Shown here: in pieces, positions 43,616-54,733 of the stretch
Position numbering within the stretch: the first letter of the stretch is position 1
Layout of the letters: each line of letters opens with the position of its first letter
Origin: Rebecca billardiae RCC1528
Taxonomy: Eukaryota; Protista; Haptophyta
Reading direction: 5' to 3'
DNA: 64,000 bases
Assembly: GCA_965240325.2 (NCBI GenBank)
Contig: OZ251224.1
Coordinates: 3,100,001-3,164,000 of the forward strand
Program-made: the position numbers and the translations under genes
The notes under the pieces: generated by a model
Database searches by the model: none
The model's input: only the letters and a program-made list of their open reading frames with translations
Told to the model about the DNA's origin: nothing

Positions 43616-45885
43616 ATGAGGGCGTCCGCGTCCCCCGACCCGGCGGCCGCGGCGGCCATCCACTCGGAGCTGTCGGGCGACAAGTTCCATCTGCTGGAGG
43701 AGCGGCTGCGCCAGCGCGCACGCGCCGCCGCGCCTCCCCCTGCCCTCTCCACCGTCGGCTTCGACCCGCTGTCGACGCCTGCGCCGCGCACGGATGCGCC
43801 GGACGGCGGCGCGCTGCCTCTGCCCGCGTCCGACGCGCCGGCGGCGGCGGCCGATGCGCCGAAGCGCGGGCGCGCGTCTCCCGGTGACGGCGCGGCACGC
43901 TCGACGAAGCACAAGCCCGCCGCCGAGCCGCCGCGCATCACCGACTTCTACGCGTCCACGCTCACGACGCCGCTCGGGCGCGGGCTCGCGCCGCCGCCCA
44001 AGCACGCGCACACACAGACAGAGCCGCTGGCGGAGGAGGCGGAGATCAAGCGGCTGCGCGAAGCGCTCGGCGTGGCGCAGGAGCAGGCGCGCGTGGCGCA
44101 GGCCCAGCTCGAGCCCGTGCGCGCCGAGCTCGACCGTGCGCAAGAGCTCGCCGAGGCGGGCGGCAAGCAGGCAGTTGTCTGGCTGCGCAAGATGTGTCGG
44201 CTCGAGAAGGCGGCGGCGCGCGAGGCGGCGACGCGCAATTCGGCCAGCCTCGGCACCGTCGGGTGGCAGCGCGTCGGCGCGAATATGAGCGAGGTGTGGG
44301 AGCCCGGGAACGCGTTCCGCGAGCTGCAGGCGCGGCAGGCCGAGCTCGCGGAGAACAAGGAGGCGCTCGAGCGCGACCGGCGCGCGCTCGCGGCGGCAGC
44401 CAAGAAGCGCGCCGGAGCGGGCGGCGCGGCTGGCGCGGCCGAGCCGGAGCCGCCAGAGCCGCGCGTGCTCACCGAGCGTGAGGAGGTGCTCCGGCTGAAG
44501 GCCGCGACGCTCAAGCGGCAGGAGGCCGCCCTCGCCGAGGAGAGCGCGCGGCTCGAGCGCGAGAAGCGCCTGCACATCCGCGAGCTCAAGCGCATTCGGG
44601 ATGAGGTAAGCGGCGCGCGCCGCGCGCCGCGCCACGCGCCACGCGCCACGCGCCACGCGCGACGCGCGCCGAGCGCGCGCGCGCGCCCAACGGCGCGCGT
44701 GCCGCGGCGCCATCCGGCCGTGAGCGCGCGGGCGGGTCCCGCGCGCGGTGTGAGAAGGCATCTGCGTCGTCGGCACGCGCGGGTCTCTGCACCTTCCACG
44801 CCCCCTCTGCCCGGCCCTCGTCGCCAGCAAGCCGTGCCGCTCAGCGCGCGCGCCACGGCCTCGCTCCGCTCCGCCCGTCCCGCGCGCCCGCCCGTGCGCG
44901 CAGGATGGCTCGCGGTTCTCGAACCAGCAGCTGCTGAGCGGGCGGTACCTGCTGCTCGAGCTGCTCGGCCGGGGCGGCTTCTCCGAGGTGTACCGCGCGT
45001 ACGACACGCGCGAGCACCGCGAGGTCGCGTGCAAGATCCACCAGCTGTGCGCGCACTGGTCGGATGAGCGCAAGGCCAACTACACGCGGCACGCGACGCG
45101 CGAGTACGCCATCCACAAGGCGCTGCGCCACGACCGGATCGTCGCGCTGCACGACGTGTTCGAGATCGACGCGCAGACGTTCGCGACGGTGCTGCAGTTC
45201 TGCAACGGCGGCGACCTCGACGCGCTGCTCAAGGAGCAGCGCACGCTGCCGGAGAAGGAGGCGCGCGCCATCATCGTGCAGGTCTTCGCCGGGCTGCACT
45301 ATCTCAACTCGCAGCGGCAGCGGGTGATCCACTACGACCTCAAGCCGGGGAATATCCTCTTCCACGGCGGCGAGGTGAAGCTCACGGACTTCGGGCTGTC
45401 GAAGCTGATGGACGAGAGCGCTGACCTCTCGCAGGGGATGGAGCTCACCTCGCAGGGCGCGGGCACGTACTGGTACCTGCCGCCTGAGTGCTTCGAGCTC
45501 TCGGGCCCGCAGCCGCCGCGCATCTGCTCCAAAGTGGACGTGTGGTCGGCGGGGGTTGTCTTCTATCAGGTGCCGTGCACGCCTCGCGCGCCCGCGCGCG
45601 CCCGTGCGCGCAGTGCCCACCCAGCTGACGCGGTGCGCCTGCCGCTCGCACCGCGCGCAGATGTTGTTCGGCAAGAAGCCCTTTGGCGACGAGCTCTCGC
45701 AGGAGTCGCTCCTTACCACGCAGACTATGCGCAACGCGGTCCACGTTGAGTTCCCGAGCAAGCCGAGCGTCTCGGCGGACGCCAAGGACTTCCTCCGCCG
45801 CTGTCTCGCTCACAACAAGAACGAGCGGCCGGACTTGCTGTCCATCTTCACCGAGCCGTACCTCTCCTCGGGGAAGGGCAAGTGA
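43616..45885 (+). CDS. TLK: Tousled-like Ser/Thr kinase; exons 43616-44605, 44904-45569, 45661-45885
   Basis: [11 protein letters not shown]|[46 protein letters not shown] and [19 protein letters not shown] are TLK-diagnostic. A probable upstream intron lies at ~43527-43610. Confidence 0.96.
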
Positions 45886-46536
45886 CATGAAGCCAACCTC
45901 GCATCGTCCGATTCGTCGGCGACCCGTTTTTTCGTCATCCTTCGTCCGCCTGACGAATGACAGCTGCTTAAGCTACAGCACGAGTTCAGCTTCGCTCCCC
46001 AGTGACAGTGAGCATGCCAGTCCGGCAGGTACGGCCGGCGCGGTGCCCGGCCGGCCCCGTGCGGGGCACCGCGGCCGCGCCGCCCGTGGCCTGGACCCTG
46101 TCCAGGCTGGGGCCGATCACGGCCTAGCTAGTATTAGTAGCTGGAATCCGCGGCCGTTGCCCGTTGCATAGTCCGCCGCCGCCTGAATCAGCATCATTAC
46201 TGTGATGATGCCGATGATTATGAAAGTCAGTAATGAAACAGCAGTCGTTGATACGTCGTAATAACCCGACCGATGTCACCGATGTAATAATTTAATAATT
46301 GATATACCCAATGAGCGGCCCGACTCATATAGTATCGTGATCGTCGCGGGTCTCGGCCTCGGGCGTCTCGCCGCCTCACTCACTCTCCAGCTCGGGCGGC
46401 TCGGCTGGGTCCGGAGTCGGACCGTACGAGTGTCACTCCGCGGCCGTGCTGTCGTCGAAGTGTCGAACATGCATGCCGATCAGATGGGCCCCGCGACCCG
46501 CTGCGAACAATAAACGCACTACAAATGTGGTCATCG

Positions 46537-47109
46537 TCAGAATAGGCCTGCCCCGTGCTTGACTTTTCTCTGCCGCCAAGCGGGCAAGGCCTTGAACTCG
46601 GCGCGCGTCATGCCCAAGCATCGCTCGAAGTCTGCGACAGACAGGAAATCCTCACGGCGGGCGGGGTCAACGTCAGGCGGCCACACCATCCCCACCTGGA
46701 GAGCTTGCGGTGAGTAGCACGCATTGCCGGCCGCGTCTCGCACCGTGGCCGCGTTATCGGTGGCAGGGACCGCCCTGTCTACGACGACTCCCGTGCTTGC
46801 CCGTCGGAGCGCGTCGACAGCAGCAGCTGCTTCGGAGCGCTGCTCCATCACCTGCGCGTAGAGCTGCGACCCAAGCGCTGATTCGAGAGCCTCTTTACCC
46901 GCGAGCTCTATGAGCCCATCGACAGAAGCGATGATGCGCTGCAGCGCTGCGTCCTCTAGCTCCGTCACGCGGCATTGGTGCGCGATCACGTACACGCGCA
47001 ACAGCTCATACGTCGGCACCCGCCTCAGGCTCTGCAGAGCTCTCGAGACCTCTCGTCCGGCGAGCTCTTGTAGCGAGGGCAAGCGTATCTTGTCATCTCT
47101 GTCGGTCAT
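46537..47109 (-). CDS. Small villin-headpiece (VHP) domain protein
   Basis: The C-terminus REDFLSVADFERCLGMTRAEFKALPAWRQRKVKHGAGLF* fits the VHP consensus. Probable ATG at 47109. Confidence 0.88.
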   Translation of the reverse strand: MTDRDDKIRLPSLQELAGREVSRALQSLRRVPTYELLRVYVIAHQCRVTELEDAALQRIIASVDGLIELAGKEALESALGSQLYAQVMEQRSEAAAAVDALRRASTGVVVDRAVPATDNAATVRDAAGNACYSPQALQVGMVWPPDVDPARREDFLSVADFERCLGMTRAEFKALPAWRQRKVKHGAGLF

Positions 47110-47282
47110 GCCTTGTGGCACGGCTGTCGCACGCCCTTCCTCGCCGCGACTCCTCAGGACGGTCCCCGCAGGCCGCCGGCCGGCCGCGCGGCCGCCCACG
47201 GTCATCGTCCGGAAATTCGGCAATAATAATAAACATCCGGCACGTACGGAATTGGCAAGCAAATTGCGACGTTCACCGCACG

Positions 47283-49583
47283 ATGCCGTCGTCGCTCGCG
47301 GCGACCGCGCCGCCTGCGCCGGGCAGGCCAGCGTCGCGGGGCGCGCGAGTGCGCCTCGTGGCGCTGGCGGTGCTGGGCACCGCCTTCCTCGCCATGGTCG
47401 GCGAGCGCGCCACTCGGCACGCGACGTCGCTCTCGGCGCTGTACACACTGCCGGCGACGCCACCGAGGCGAGACAGCGCAATGCTTGCGGCGCTGCACGC
47501 AGACCCACTGGACCAGACCGCGCTCGCGGAGGCGGAGGAGGCGCACAAGTCGGCCCGCGATGGCGCTATTGGCCAGCAGCCCGCCGATGCGCCTGGCGCC
47601 ACGCAGACGGCTCCGTCGAGCCAGCCGTCCGTGCGCGGCGCCGCGTCGGACGCATCAGCAGCGCTGGCCGGCGAGAGCCCTCCGCGGCTCGTCGAGCGCC
47701 CGCTGCCCAAGTGCATGGTGGGCTTCTTCGTGCACGTGGACAAGACGGGCGGCACCTCGGTCCGCTCGCTGCTCCAGGCTCAGGGCGCGCACGGCGACTT
47801 CGACACCATCCTCTTCACGCAGCAGACGCGCACGCCGTTCTGGGACGTGCTCGTGCAGAACCTCGTCGCGCGCGCGACCGCGCGGCAGTCGGTGCGGCTG
47901 CTCGTCGAGATGCACACGTCGCAGTCGACGTCGCACATGTTCTGGGCGGAGATGCTCCGCGACATCCTCGCCCTGCGCGTGCTCTTCAGGCGCAGCTACC
48001 CGCACCTCGGCCCCGAGGGCTGCCCGGTCCGGCTCGCCACGTTCTTCCGAGCTCCCCTCGACACCGTGCTCTCGCTGCATCACTACTCGATCTACGGCCG
48101 CTCGCCGCTGTGCATGTGGTTGCCGACGTCGTCGATGCAGATGCGGCTGTTCATGGGCCTGCCGTACGACACGTCGATGACCCGCACCCTGTTCACGCGC
48201 GAGCACGCCGCAGCCGTGCTCGGCGTGCTCGTGGGCGCGTGCGCCGACGGCCAGAAGGCCGGCTGCACCGCGCCCAATGGCACGCAGCTGGCCGCGGTGG
48301 CGGGCTTCGATGCGGTGGGCGTGACGGAGGAGTGGTGGCCCAGCATGCTGAGGCTGGTGGACGTGTTCGGCCTCCAGCACCCCGACGTCGCGACCGTCAA
48401 CGTCGCGGCGACGAAGGGGGGCTCCGGCAGCGTCGTAGCACGCTCGGCACTCCGGTGCTCGAAGCCTCGTCGGGAGACGGAGGATTTTGTGGCCGTGCGC
48501 ATCCAGTCGTCCTCGCTGATCGCGTTCAAGCTGCAGCGGAGCAGACCAGGGCAGAATGTGGTGGGCTGCCCAGGCTTCGGCTGCGTGCTTCCCGCGCGCA
48601 TGCACAACTGGACCGAGGACGTGAGGAGCAACATCCTGCGCCGGCCGCTCACGCCAGGGCGCAAGCAGCCGGGTGGCGGCGGCGCCGCACCCGCCTCGGT
48701 TGCCAAGCGGCCGCGGAGGCTAGGAACGGACGACGCTCAGCCGCAGGGGAGCGAGCTGATCGTGTCGCTGCTGCGCCGGCCGTGGGTCAACGGCTCATGC
48801 GACCACGCCGAGGCGCAGCCCGCCGCCGTCGTCGACCGGCTATGCCGCGCCCTGCAGTGGGATAGGGTGCTCCATGCGCACGCGACACGGTCGCTGCACG
48901 CGAAGCGATCGCCGTCGCGCGACGCGCGCGCGGTGCTGATGGAGGCGCGCGTGGCGGCGCAGGCGGGCAAGATGTCGGATGGGCGCCTCTCGTGCCCCAC
49001 GTGCCATCAGAAGCGCGAGTCGATGCTCGACGAGTGCTGGCGCAAGCTCGTTCACTACCCCGCTGATCCGGGCGCGCTGGTGTGTCGGCGCCGCTGGTTT
49101 GGAGGCGAGCGCGGCCTCTCGCGCCCGTCGCAGTGGGAGAAGGGCGCCCTGTTGGGGCAGCGCGCGCCTTGCTGGCGCACGTGCTGGCGCTCGCGCTCGG
49201 CGGCGGCGGATGCGGATGCCAGCGCGGTGCACTGCACCGCGCCGTGCTACGACGATGGCGGCGATGATGCCGACGCGGAGAGCGAGGCGCACGCCCGAGC
49301 ACCCACTGATTCGCGTCTTGCACCTTCGCCACTGCCGGCGACGGCCGAGCGCACGGCCCTGCGTAGCGTGCTCGACGTGGCGCCCGTGCGCTTCTACCGA
49401 GAGTGGTCGACTGTGACTCGGCCCAAGCTGCTCGACGAGCTCCCGGCGCCGCTGAGGAGCCACGTGCTTGCGCCGCTGGACTTCTCAACCTATGAGCTCG
49501 GCAGCTACGCACGTATCGCGAAGCGTGGCTGGGCGCCTTTCCCGCCACGCGCGTCGTGGGACTGGGAAGAGGCCGCGCCGTGA
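47283..49583 (+). CDS. Type II membrane sulfotransferase-like protein
   Basis: N-terminal TM RLVALAVLGTAFLAMV, 5'-PSB FFVHVDKTGGTSVR, 3'-PB-like ATFFRAPLDTVLSLHHY and FDAVGVTEE. Cys-rich C-terminal extension. Confidence 0.8.
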   Translation: MPSSLAATAPPAPGRPASRGARVRLVALAVLGTAFLAMVGERATRHATSLSALYTLPATPPRRDSAMLAALHADPLDQTALAEAEEAHKSARDGAIGQQPADAPGATQTAPSSQPSVRGAASDASAALAGESPPRLVERPLPKCMVGFFVHVDKTGGTSVRSLLQAQGAHGDFDTILFTQQTRTPFWDVLVQNLVARATARQSVRLLVEMHTSQSTSHMFWAEMLRDILALRVLFRRSYPHLGPEGCPVRLATFFRAPLDTVLSLHHYSIYGRSPLCMWLPTSSMQMRLFMGLPYDTSMTRTLFTREHAAAVLGVLVGACADGQKAGCTAPNGTQLAAVAGFDAVGVTEEWWPSMLRLVDVFGLQHPDVATVNVAATKGGSGSVVARSALRCSKPRRETEDFVAVRIQSSSLIAFKLQRSRPGQNVVGCPGFGCVLPARMHNWTEDVRSNILRRPLTPGRKQPGGGGAAPASVAKRPRRLGTDDAQPQGSELIVSLLRRPWVNGSCDHAEAQPAAVVDRLCRALQWDRVLHAHATRSLHAKRSPSRDARAVLMEARVAAQAGKMSDGRLSCPTCHQKRESMLDECWRKLVHYPADPGALVCRRRWFGGERGLSRPSQWEKGALLGQRAPCWRTCWRSRSAAADADASAVHCTAPCYDDGGDDADAESEAHARAPTDSRLAPSPLPATAERTALRSVLDVAPVRFYREWSTVTRPKLLDELPAPLRSHVLAPLDFSTYELGSYARIAKRGWAPFPPRASWDWEEAAP

Positions 49584-50159
49584 CAGCGTGTCGCGTGACA
49601 CCGCCACCGGCGTCGCGCGTCACTCACTAGTGTCTATCATTGTGACAATGTGACACACTGACACTCGCCGCCGATGATGCTTTCCAAGCGTCTGCACAGC
49701 ACAGTCAGTCAATGCCGACGCGGAGAGCGAGGCGCACGCCCGAGCACCCACTGATTCGCGTCTTGCACCTTCGCCACTGCCGGCGACGGCCGAGCGCACG
49801 GCCCTGCGTAGCGTGCTCGACGTGGCGCCCGTGCGCTTCTACCGAGAGTGGTCGACTGTGACTCGGCCCAAGCTGCTCGACGAGCTCCCGGCGCCGCTGA
49901 GGAGCCACGTGCTTGCGCCGCTGGACTTCTCAACCTATGAGCTCGGCGGCAGCTACGCACGTATCGCGAAGCGTGGCTGGGCGCCTTTCCCGCCACGCGC
50001 GTCGTGGGACTGGGAAGAGGCCGCGCCGTGACAGCGTGTCGCGTGACACCGCCACCGGCGTCGCGCGTCACTCACTAGTGTCTATCATTGTGACAATGTG
50101 ACACACTGACACTCGCCGCCGATGATGCTTTCCAAGCGTCTGCACAGCACAGTCAGTCA
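49267..50159. repeat. Tandem direct duplication (49267-49711 / 49712-50159) of the last ~105 codons and 3' flank of the sulfotransferase-like gene
   Basis: The copies are identical apart from an extra ggc in copy 2 (gagctcggcggcagc). Confidence 0.95.
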
Positions 50160-50499
50160 GTGTACATACTGACTGCTATATCCGATCGCGCATCAAATAA
50201 TAATATTTTATTGACGACGTCAGTCAACCAGGGCGGCTACTAGAGAGTAACTACTCAGAGTAGCGGAGAGAGTAGAGGCCGCTTAGACTTAAATGTAGTA
50301 GTCATAATGAAACATTATATATATTATAAATTAATGTATTAACAAAATTTGATTTTATGATCAATGGCGCCCGACGATTTAGGCGCGCTGCGCAATCCAA
50401 AGTCGCCAATACAGACACGGAGGCAACCGAGCGCGCGCGACAATACATGCATGCGTGATGTGCTCGCGCGTCCTGATGACGTGACGCGCATACTGACAT

Positions 50500-52074
50500 T
50501 TACGCGCGCGACTTGGCGGCGGGCGTCTCGTCGGGCTGCTCCTCCTCCAGCGAGAAGTCGGTCTGCGGGAGGAACATCGAGCCGAACACCGGGTAGTGGA
50601 CGAGCGGGATGAGCAGCGCGGTGGCGATGACGCAGAAGCCGTGGATGAGGAACGGCGTGCGCGGGTCATCCGCGTTCGCGTACGCGCGGTAGATGAAGCC
50701 CCACATCACCGCGCCAAAGTTGCCGCCCGCGCCGACGATGCCCGAGACCGGGCCGAGCGCCTTGAGGTGCTTGCCCACGTACGGCACGACCGCGTACTGC
50801 GCGCCCTCCGCCATCTGCACGAAGGTGGAGAAGCCGATCAGGAGCACGATGGCGAGCGGGAAGAGCGTCGACGGCACACGCGAGAACGCGACGAGCATCA
50901 CGCCGCACATCCCCTGCACGAAGAAGAAGACCCAGTGCCGGCCGCGGTGCGAGAACTTCTTGTTGGCGAGGTCGGACGCGATGCCGCCCATCGAGCGCGC
51001 AAACAGGTTCATCAGGCCGAACAGCGACGCGGCGAGGCCGGCGAGCTGCAGCGAGAGGCCAAAGTACTCGAAGAAGTACAGCGCGAGCACGTTGTTCATC
51101 GTGAGCTCCGTGCCGAAGCAGCCGCCGTACACGATGAAGAGGACCCACACGCGCGGGTCCTTGGCGCCCTCGAGGAACACCTTGGCGCCGTTCTGCTTCT
51201 TGCGCTCGCCCGACGCGTACAGCTCCTTGAAGGTGCCCTCCGGCACGTCGTCCGAGGTGAAGTACAGCGCGATGCCGACGAGGAAGAGCATGACCGCCGG
51301 CACGAGCACCGCGAGACGCCAAGCCAGGTCGTACCCGAACGAGAGGAACCACGAGAAGACGAACGGCATGAACACCTGCGTGAAGCCGCCGCCCAGGTTG
51401 CCCCAGCCCGCCGACGTGGCGTTGGCCGTGCCGACGACGTTCTTCGAGAACATGACCGACGTCCAGAACTGCGTGATCACGAACGTCGCGCCCATGCCGC
51501 CGATGAAGAAGCGGCTCGTGATGATGCCCACCGGCGTGGTCGAGAGCGCCGAGCCGGCGAGCGGGATCGAGAAGACCATCACCATGAAGGCCTGCGAGAA
51601 GCGCGGGCCGTACGTCTCCGCCCACGCGCCGACGAGGAAGCGCATCGCAATCGTGCCCGCGATCGAGACGATGATCGAGTTGCCGATCTCCGTGCGGCAC
51701 GACGGGCCGCACACGCACTCGCGCGGCGAGTTGAGCGTCTCCCAGCCGCCGTTCGAGCACAGGCCGACCGACACGCGCCAGACGGCCGTGAGGGGCGCGA
51801 GGGCGAACCAGCCCGTGAAGGCGAGGAAGAAGGAGAGCCACGCGAAGTGGACTGCGCACACATCGGGACGGAGCCAGCGGCCGCGCACGGGCGTGAGCGC
51901 GCGGGCGGCGCGCGCCGCGCGCCGCGCGTGCGCGCTGGCGTGGGCGCGCGCAGACGCGCGGGCGGGCGCAGAGCGCGCACAGGCACGCATGTGCGGCCTC
52001 CGGAACGACCAGAGCTTGATCGTCGTGGCCTTCGACTCGGAGTCGACGGGGAGTTCGAACTTGGACTCCGACAT
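50500..52074 (-). CDS. NRT2: High-affinity nitrate transporter NRT2 (NNP family), copy 1; intron 51852-51980
   Basis: Spliced PHMRAFHFAW, nitrate signature GTANATSAGWGNLGGG, FGLMNLFARSMGG and VSGIVGAGGNFG. Confidence 0.97.
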   Translation of the reverse strand: MSESKFELPVDSESKATTIKLWSFRRPHMRACARSAPARASARAHASAHARRAARAARALTPVRGRWLRPDVCAVHFAWLSFFLAFTGWFALAPLTAVWRVSVGLCSNGGWETLNSPRECVCGPSCRTEIGNSIIVSIAGTIAMRFLVGAWAETYGPRFSQAFMVMVFSIPLAGSALSTTPVGIITSRFFIGGMGATFVITQFWTSVMFSKNVVGTANATSAGWGNLGGGFTQVFMPFVFSWFLSFGYDLAWRLAVLVPAVMLFLVGIALYFTSDDVPEGTFKELYASGERKKQNGAKVFLEGAKDPRVWVLFIVYGGCFGTELTMNNVLALYFFEYFGLSLQLAGLAASLFGLMNLFARSMGGIASDLANKKFSHRGRHWVFFFVQGMCGVMLVAFSRVPSTLFPLAIVLLIGFSTFVQMAEGAQYAVVPYVGKHLKALGPVSGIVGAGGNFGAVMWGFIYRAYANADDPRTPFLIHGFCVIATALLIPLVHYPVFGSMFLPQTDFSLEEEQPDETPAAKSRA

Positions 52075-52692
52075 GATGACGGTTCCCTCGGACGGTCGCG
52101 GCGACGGGGCAAAGGCGAAAGCTGGCGAAGCTAGGAGATGCGCAGCGAAGTAGCGAACAGGTTCGGTCTCGTCTTTCGAATAAGGAAAATTGGTCGCTTT
52201 GAGTCTTCTAGTCCTCATGTTTCGGCAGTCCGGCAACTTCGCATCTCCTTCATCAAAGATCAGTAAGATGCGTGTCGTCTGGGACTACGGCCCTTGCTTG
52301 GACATATACCCGTACGTATACGAATCTTCAAGATGTAAGCCATGGAAAATGTGGTGTGTCTCTCATACTGTATCATTAATCAGCTATCCATCAGAGACGA
52401 CGAGTAATTGACGTCGCTCGTTGACTAGCCCGCACCAACTCGCAACGGACATCACAACCTTGATGTAACGGTTGGTAACCTTCTCGGCGGCAAGTGTCCT
52501 GTCAACAGCGAATCTACCGCTTTCATCCTTCTTTTTTAGTAGCATTCTGAGAGATTTGCTCTTCCTTCCTTTCGTCTAGGACAAAGAAATTTTAGCGATC
52601 GAACGAAACGACTCGGCCACCGGTTGACATCAATCGTCTGCCGTGAATCTCGCCTTGCCCCGTCGCCGCGACCGTCCGAGGGAACCGTCATC

Positions 52693-54267
52693 ATGTCGGA
52701 GTCCAAGTTCGAACTCCCCGTCGACTCCGAGTCGAAGGCCACGACGATCAAGCTCTGGTCGTTCCGGAGGCCGCACATGCGTGCCTGTGCGCGCTCTGCG
52801 CCCGCCCGCGCGTCTGCGCGCGCCCACGCCAGCGCGCGCGCGCGGCGCGCGGCGCGCGCCGCCCGCGCGCTCACGCCCGTGCGCGGCCGCTGGCTCCGTC
52901 CCGATGTGTGCGCAGTCCACTTCGCGTGGCTCTCCTTCTTCCTCGCCTTCACGGGCTGGTTCGCCCTCGCGCCCCTCACGGCCGTCTGGCGCGTGTCGGT
53001 CGGCCTGTGCTCGAACGGCGGCTGGGAGACGCTCAACTCGCCGCGCGAGTGCGTGTGCGGCCCGTCGTGCCGCACGGAGATCGGCAACTCGATCATCGTC
53101 TCGATCGCGGGCACGATCGCGATGCGCTTCCTCGTCGGCGCGTGGGCGGAGACGTACGGCCCGCGCTTCTCGCAGGCCTTCATGGTGATGGTCTTCTCGA
53201 TCCCGCTCGCCGGCTCGGCGCTCTCGACCACGCCGGTGGGCATCATCACGAGCCGCTTCTTCATCGGCGGCATGGGCGCGACGTTCGTGATCACGCAGTT
53301 CTGGACGTCGGTCATGTTCTCGAAGAACGTCGTCGGCACGGCCAACGCCACGTCGGCGGGCTGGGGCAACCTGGGCGGCGGCTTCACGCAGGTGTTCATG
53401 CCGTTCGTCTTCTCGTGGTTCCTCTCGTTCGGGTACGACCTGGCTTGGCGTCTCGCGGTGCTCGTGCCGGCGGTCATGCTCTTCCTCGTCGGCATCGCGC
53501 TGTACTTCACCTCGGACGACGTGCCGGAGGGCACCTTCAAGGAGCTGTACGCGTCGGGCGAGCGCAAGAAGCAGAACGGCGCCAAGGTGTTCCTCGAGGG
53601 CGCCAAGGACCCGCGCGTGTGGGTCCTCTTCATCGTGTACGGCGGCTGCTTCGGCACGGAGCTCACGATGAACAACGTGCTCGCGCTGTACTTCTTCGAG
53701 TACTTTGGCCTCTCGCTGCAGCTCGCCGGCCTCGCCGCGTCGCTGTTCGGCCTGATGAACCTGTTTGCGCGCTCGATGGGCGGCATCGCGTCCGACCTCG
53801 CCAACAAGAAGTTCTCGCACCGCGGCCGGCACTGGGTCTTCTTCTTCGTGCAGGGGATGTGCGGCGTGATGCTCGTCGCGTTCTCGCGTGTGCCGTCGAC
53901 GCTCTTCCCGCTCGCCATCGTGCTCCTGATCGGCTTCTCCACCTTCGTGCAGATGGCGGAGGGCGCGCAGTACGCGGTCGTGCCGTACGTGGGCAAGCAC
54001 CTCAAGGCGCTCGGCCCGGTCTCGGGCATCGTCGGCGCGGGCGGCAACTTTGGCGCGGTGATGTGGGGCTTCATCTACCGCGCGTACGCGAACGCGGATG
54101 ACCCGCGCACGCCGTTCCTCATCCACGGCTTCTGCGTCATCGCCACCGCGCTGCTCATCCCGCTCGTCCACTACCCGGTGTTCGGCTCGATGTTCCTCCC
54201 GCAGACCGACTTCTCGCTGGAGGAGGAGCAGCCCGACGAGACGCCCGCCGCCAAGTCGCGCGCGTAA
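52693..54267 (+). CDS. NRT2: High-affinity nitrate transporter NRT2, copy 2; intron 52787-52915
   Basis: Mirror image of copy 1 with the same predicted protein. The intron gcct|gtgcgc...gcgcag|tccac restores RAFH. Confidence 0.97.
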   Translation: MSESKFELPVDSESKATTIKLWSFRRPHMRACARSAPARASARAHASARARRAARAARALTPVRGRWLRPDVCAVHFAWLSFFLAFTGWFALAPLTAVWRVSVGLCSNGGWETLNSPRECVCGPSCRTEIGNSIIVSIAGTIAMRFLVGAWAETYGPRFSQAFMVMVFSIPLAGSALSTTPVGIITSRFFIGGMGATFVITQFWTSVMFSKNVVGTANATSAGWGNLGGGFTQVFMPFVFSWFLSFGYDLAWRLAVLVPAVMLFLVGIALYFTSDDVPEGTFKELYASGERKKQNGAKVFLEGAKDPRVWVLFIVYGGCFGTELTMNNVLALYFFEYFGLSLQLAGLAASLFGLMNLFARSMGGIASDLANKKFSHRGRHWVFFFVQGMCGVMLVAFSRVPSTLFPLAIVLLIGFSTFVQMAEGAQYAVVPYVGKHLKALGPVSGIVGAGGNFGAVMWGFIYRAYANADDPRTPFLIHGFCVIATALLIPLVHYPVFGSMFLPQTDFSLEEEQPDETPAAKSRA

Positions 54268-54682
54268 ATGTCAGTATGCGCGTCACGTCATCAGGACGCG
54301 CGAGCACATCACGCATGCATGTGTATTGTAGCGCGCGCTCGGTTGCCTCCGTGTCTTTATTGGCGACTTTGGATCAGGATTGCGCAGCGCGCAGGCCTTT
54401 GTTTGAAATTGAAATCTATCTCTGACTCTGAGTATCTGGCATCGGCATCGATCGGCGGATCGCTGACGGCACGCTCACGCTGCCACCGACGCGGCACACT
54501 CGCCACTGCCATGGCTTATGTATACATGCTATAACATTTTGCCGCCTGATGACTGTCTGTGAGTCCGACTGACGGTCCGATCGTTCGGTCACCGCGTAGT
54601 CTGATACTCTGATTGATAGTGTGGCGGCGTCAGCACCGCGACGCCGCGCCCGAAGCTGTTGAATAACGTGCATGTCAGCATG

Positions 54683-54684
<2 letters not shown>

Positions 54685-54731
<47 letters not shown>
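54685..54731. repeat. (TA)n microsatellite
   Basis: About 23 uninterrupted TA units. Confidence 0.97.

Positions 54732-54733
<2 letters not shown>

Larger units (their letters stand above)
50383..54392. repeat. Head-to-head inverted duplication; arms ~50383-52118 and ~52650-54392, spacer ~530 bp
   Basis: The arms are reverse complements across the CDS, the intron, ~40 bp of 5' flank and ~120 bp of 3' flank. Confidence 0.97.

Noticed and set aside
50596-54171. ~500 aa antisense ORFs over both NRT2 genes, and similar shadow ORFs over other genes
   Set aside because: These are mirror-frame ORFs caused by strong GC3 codon bias and show no domain motifs.
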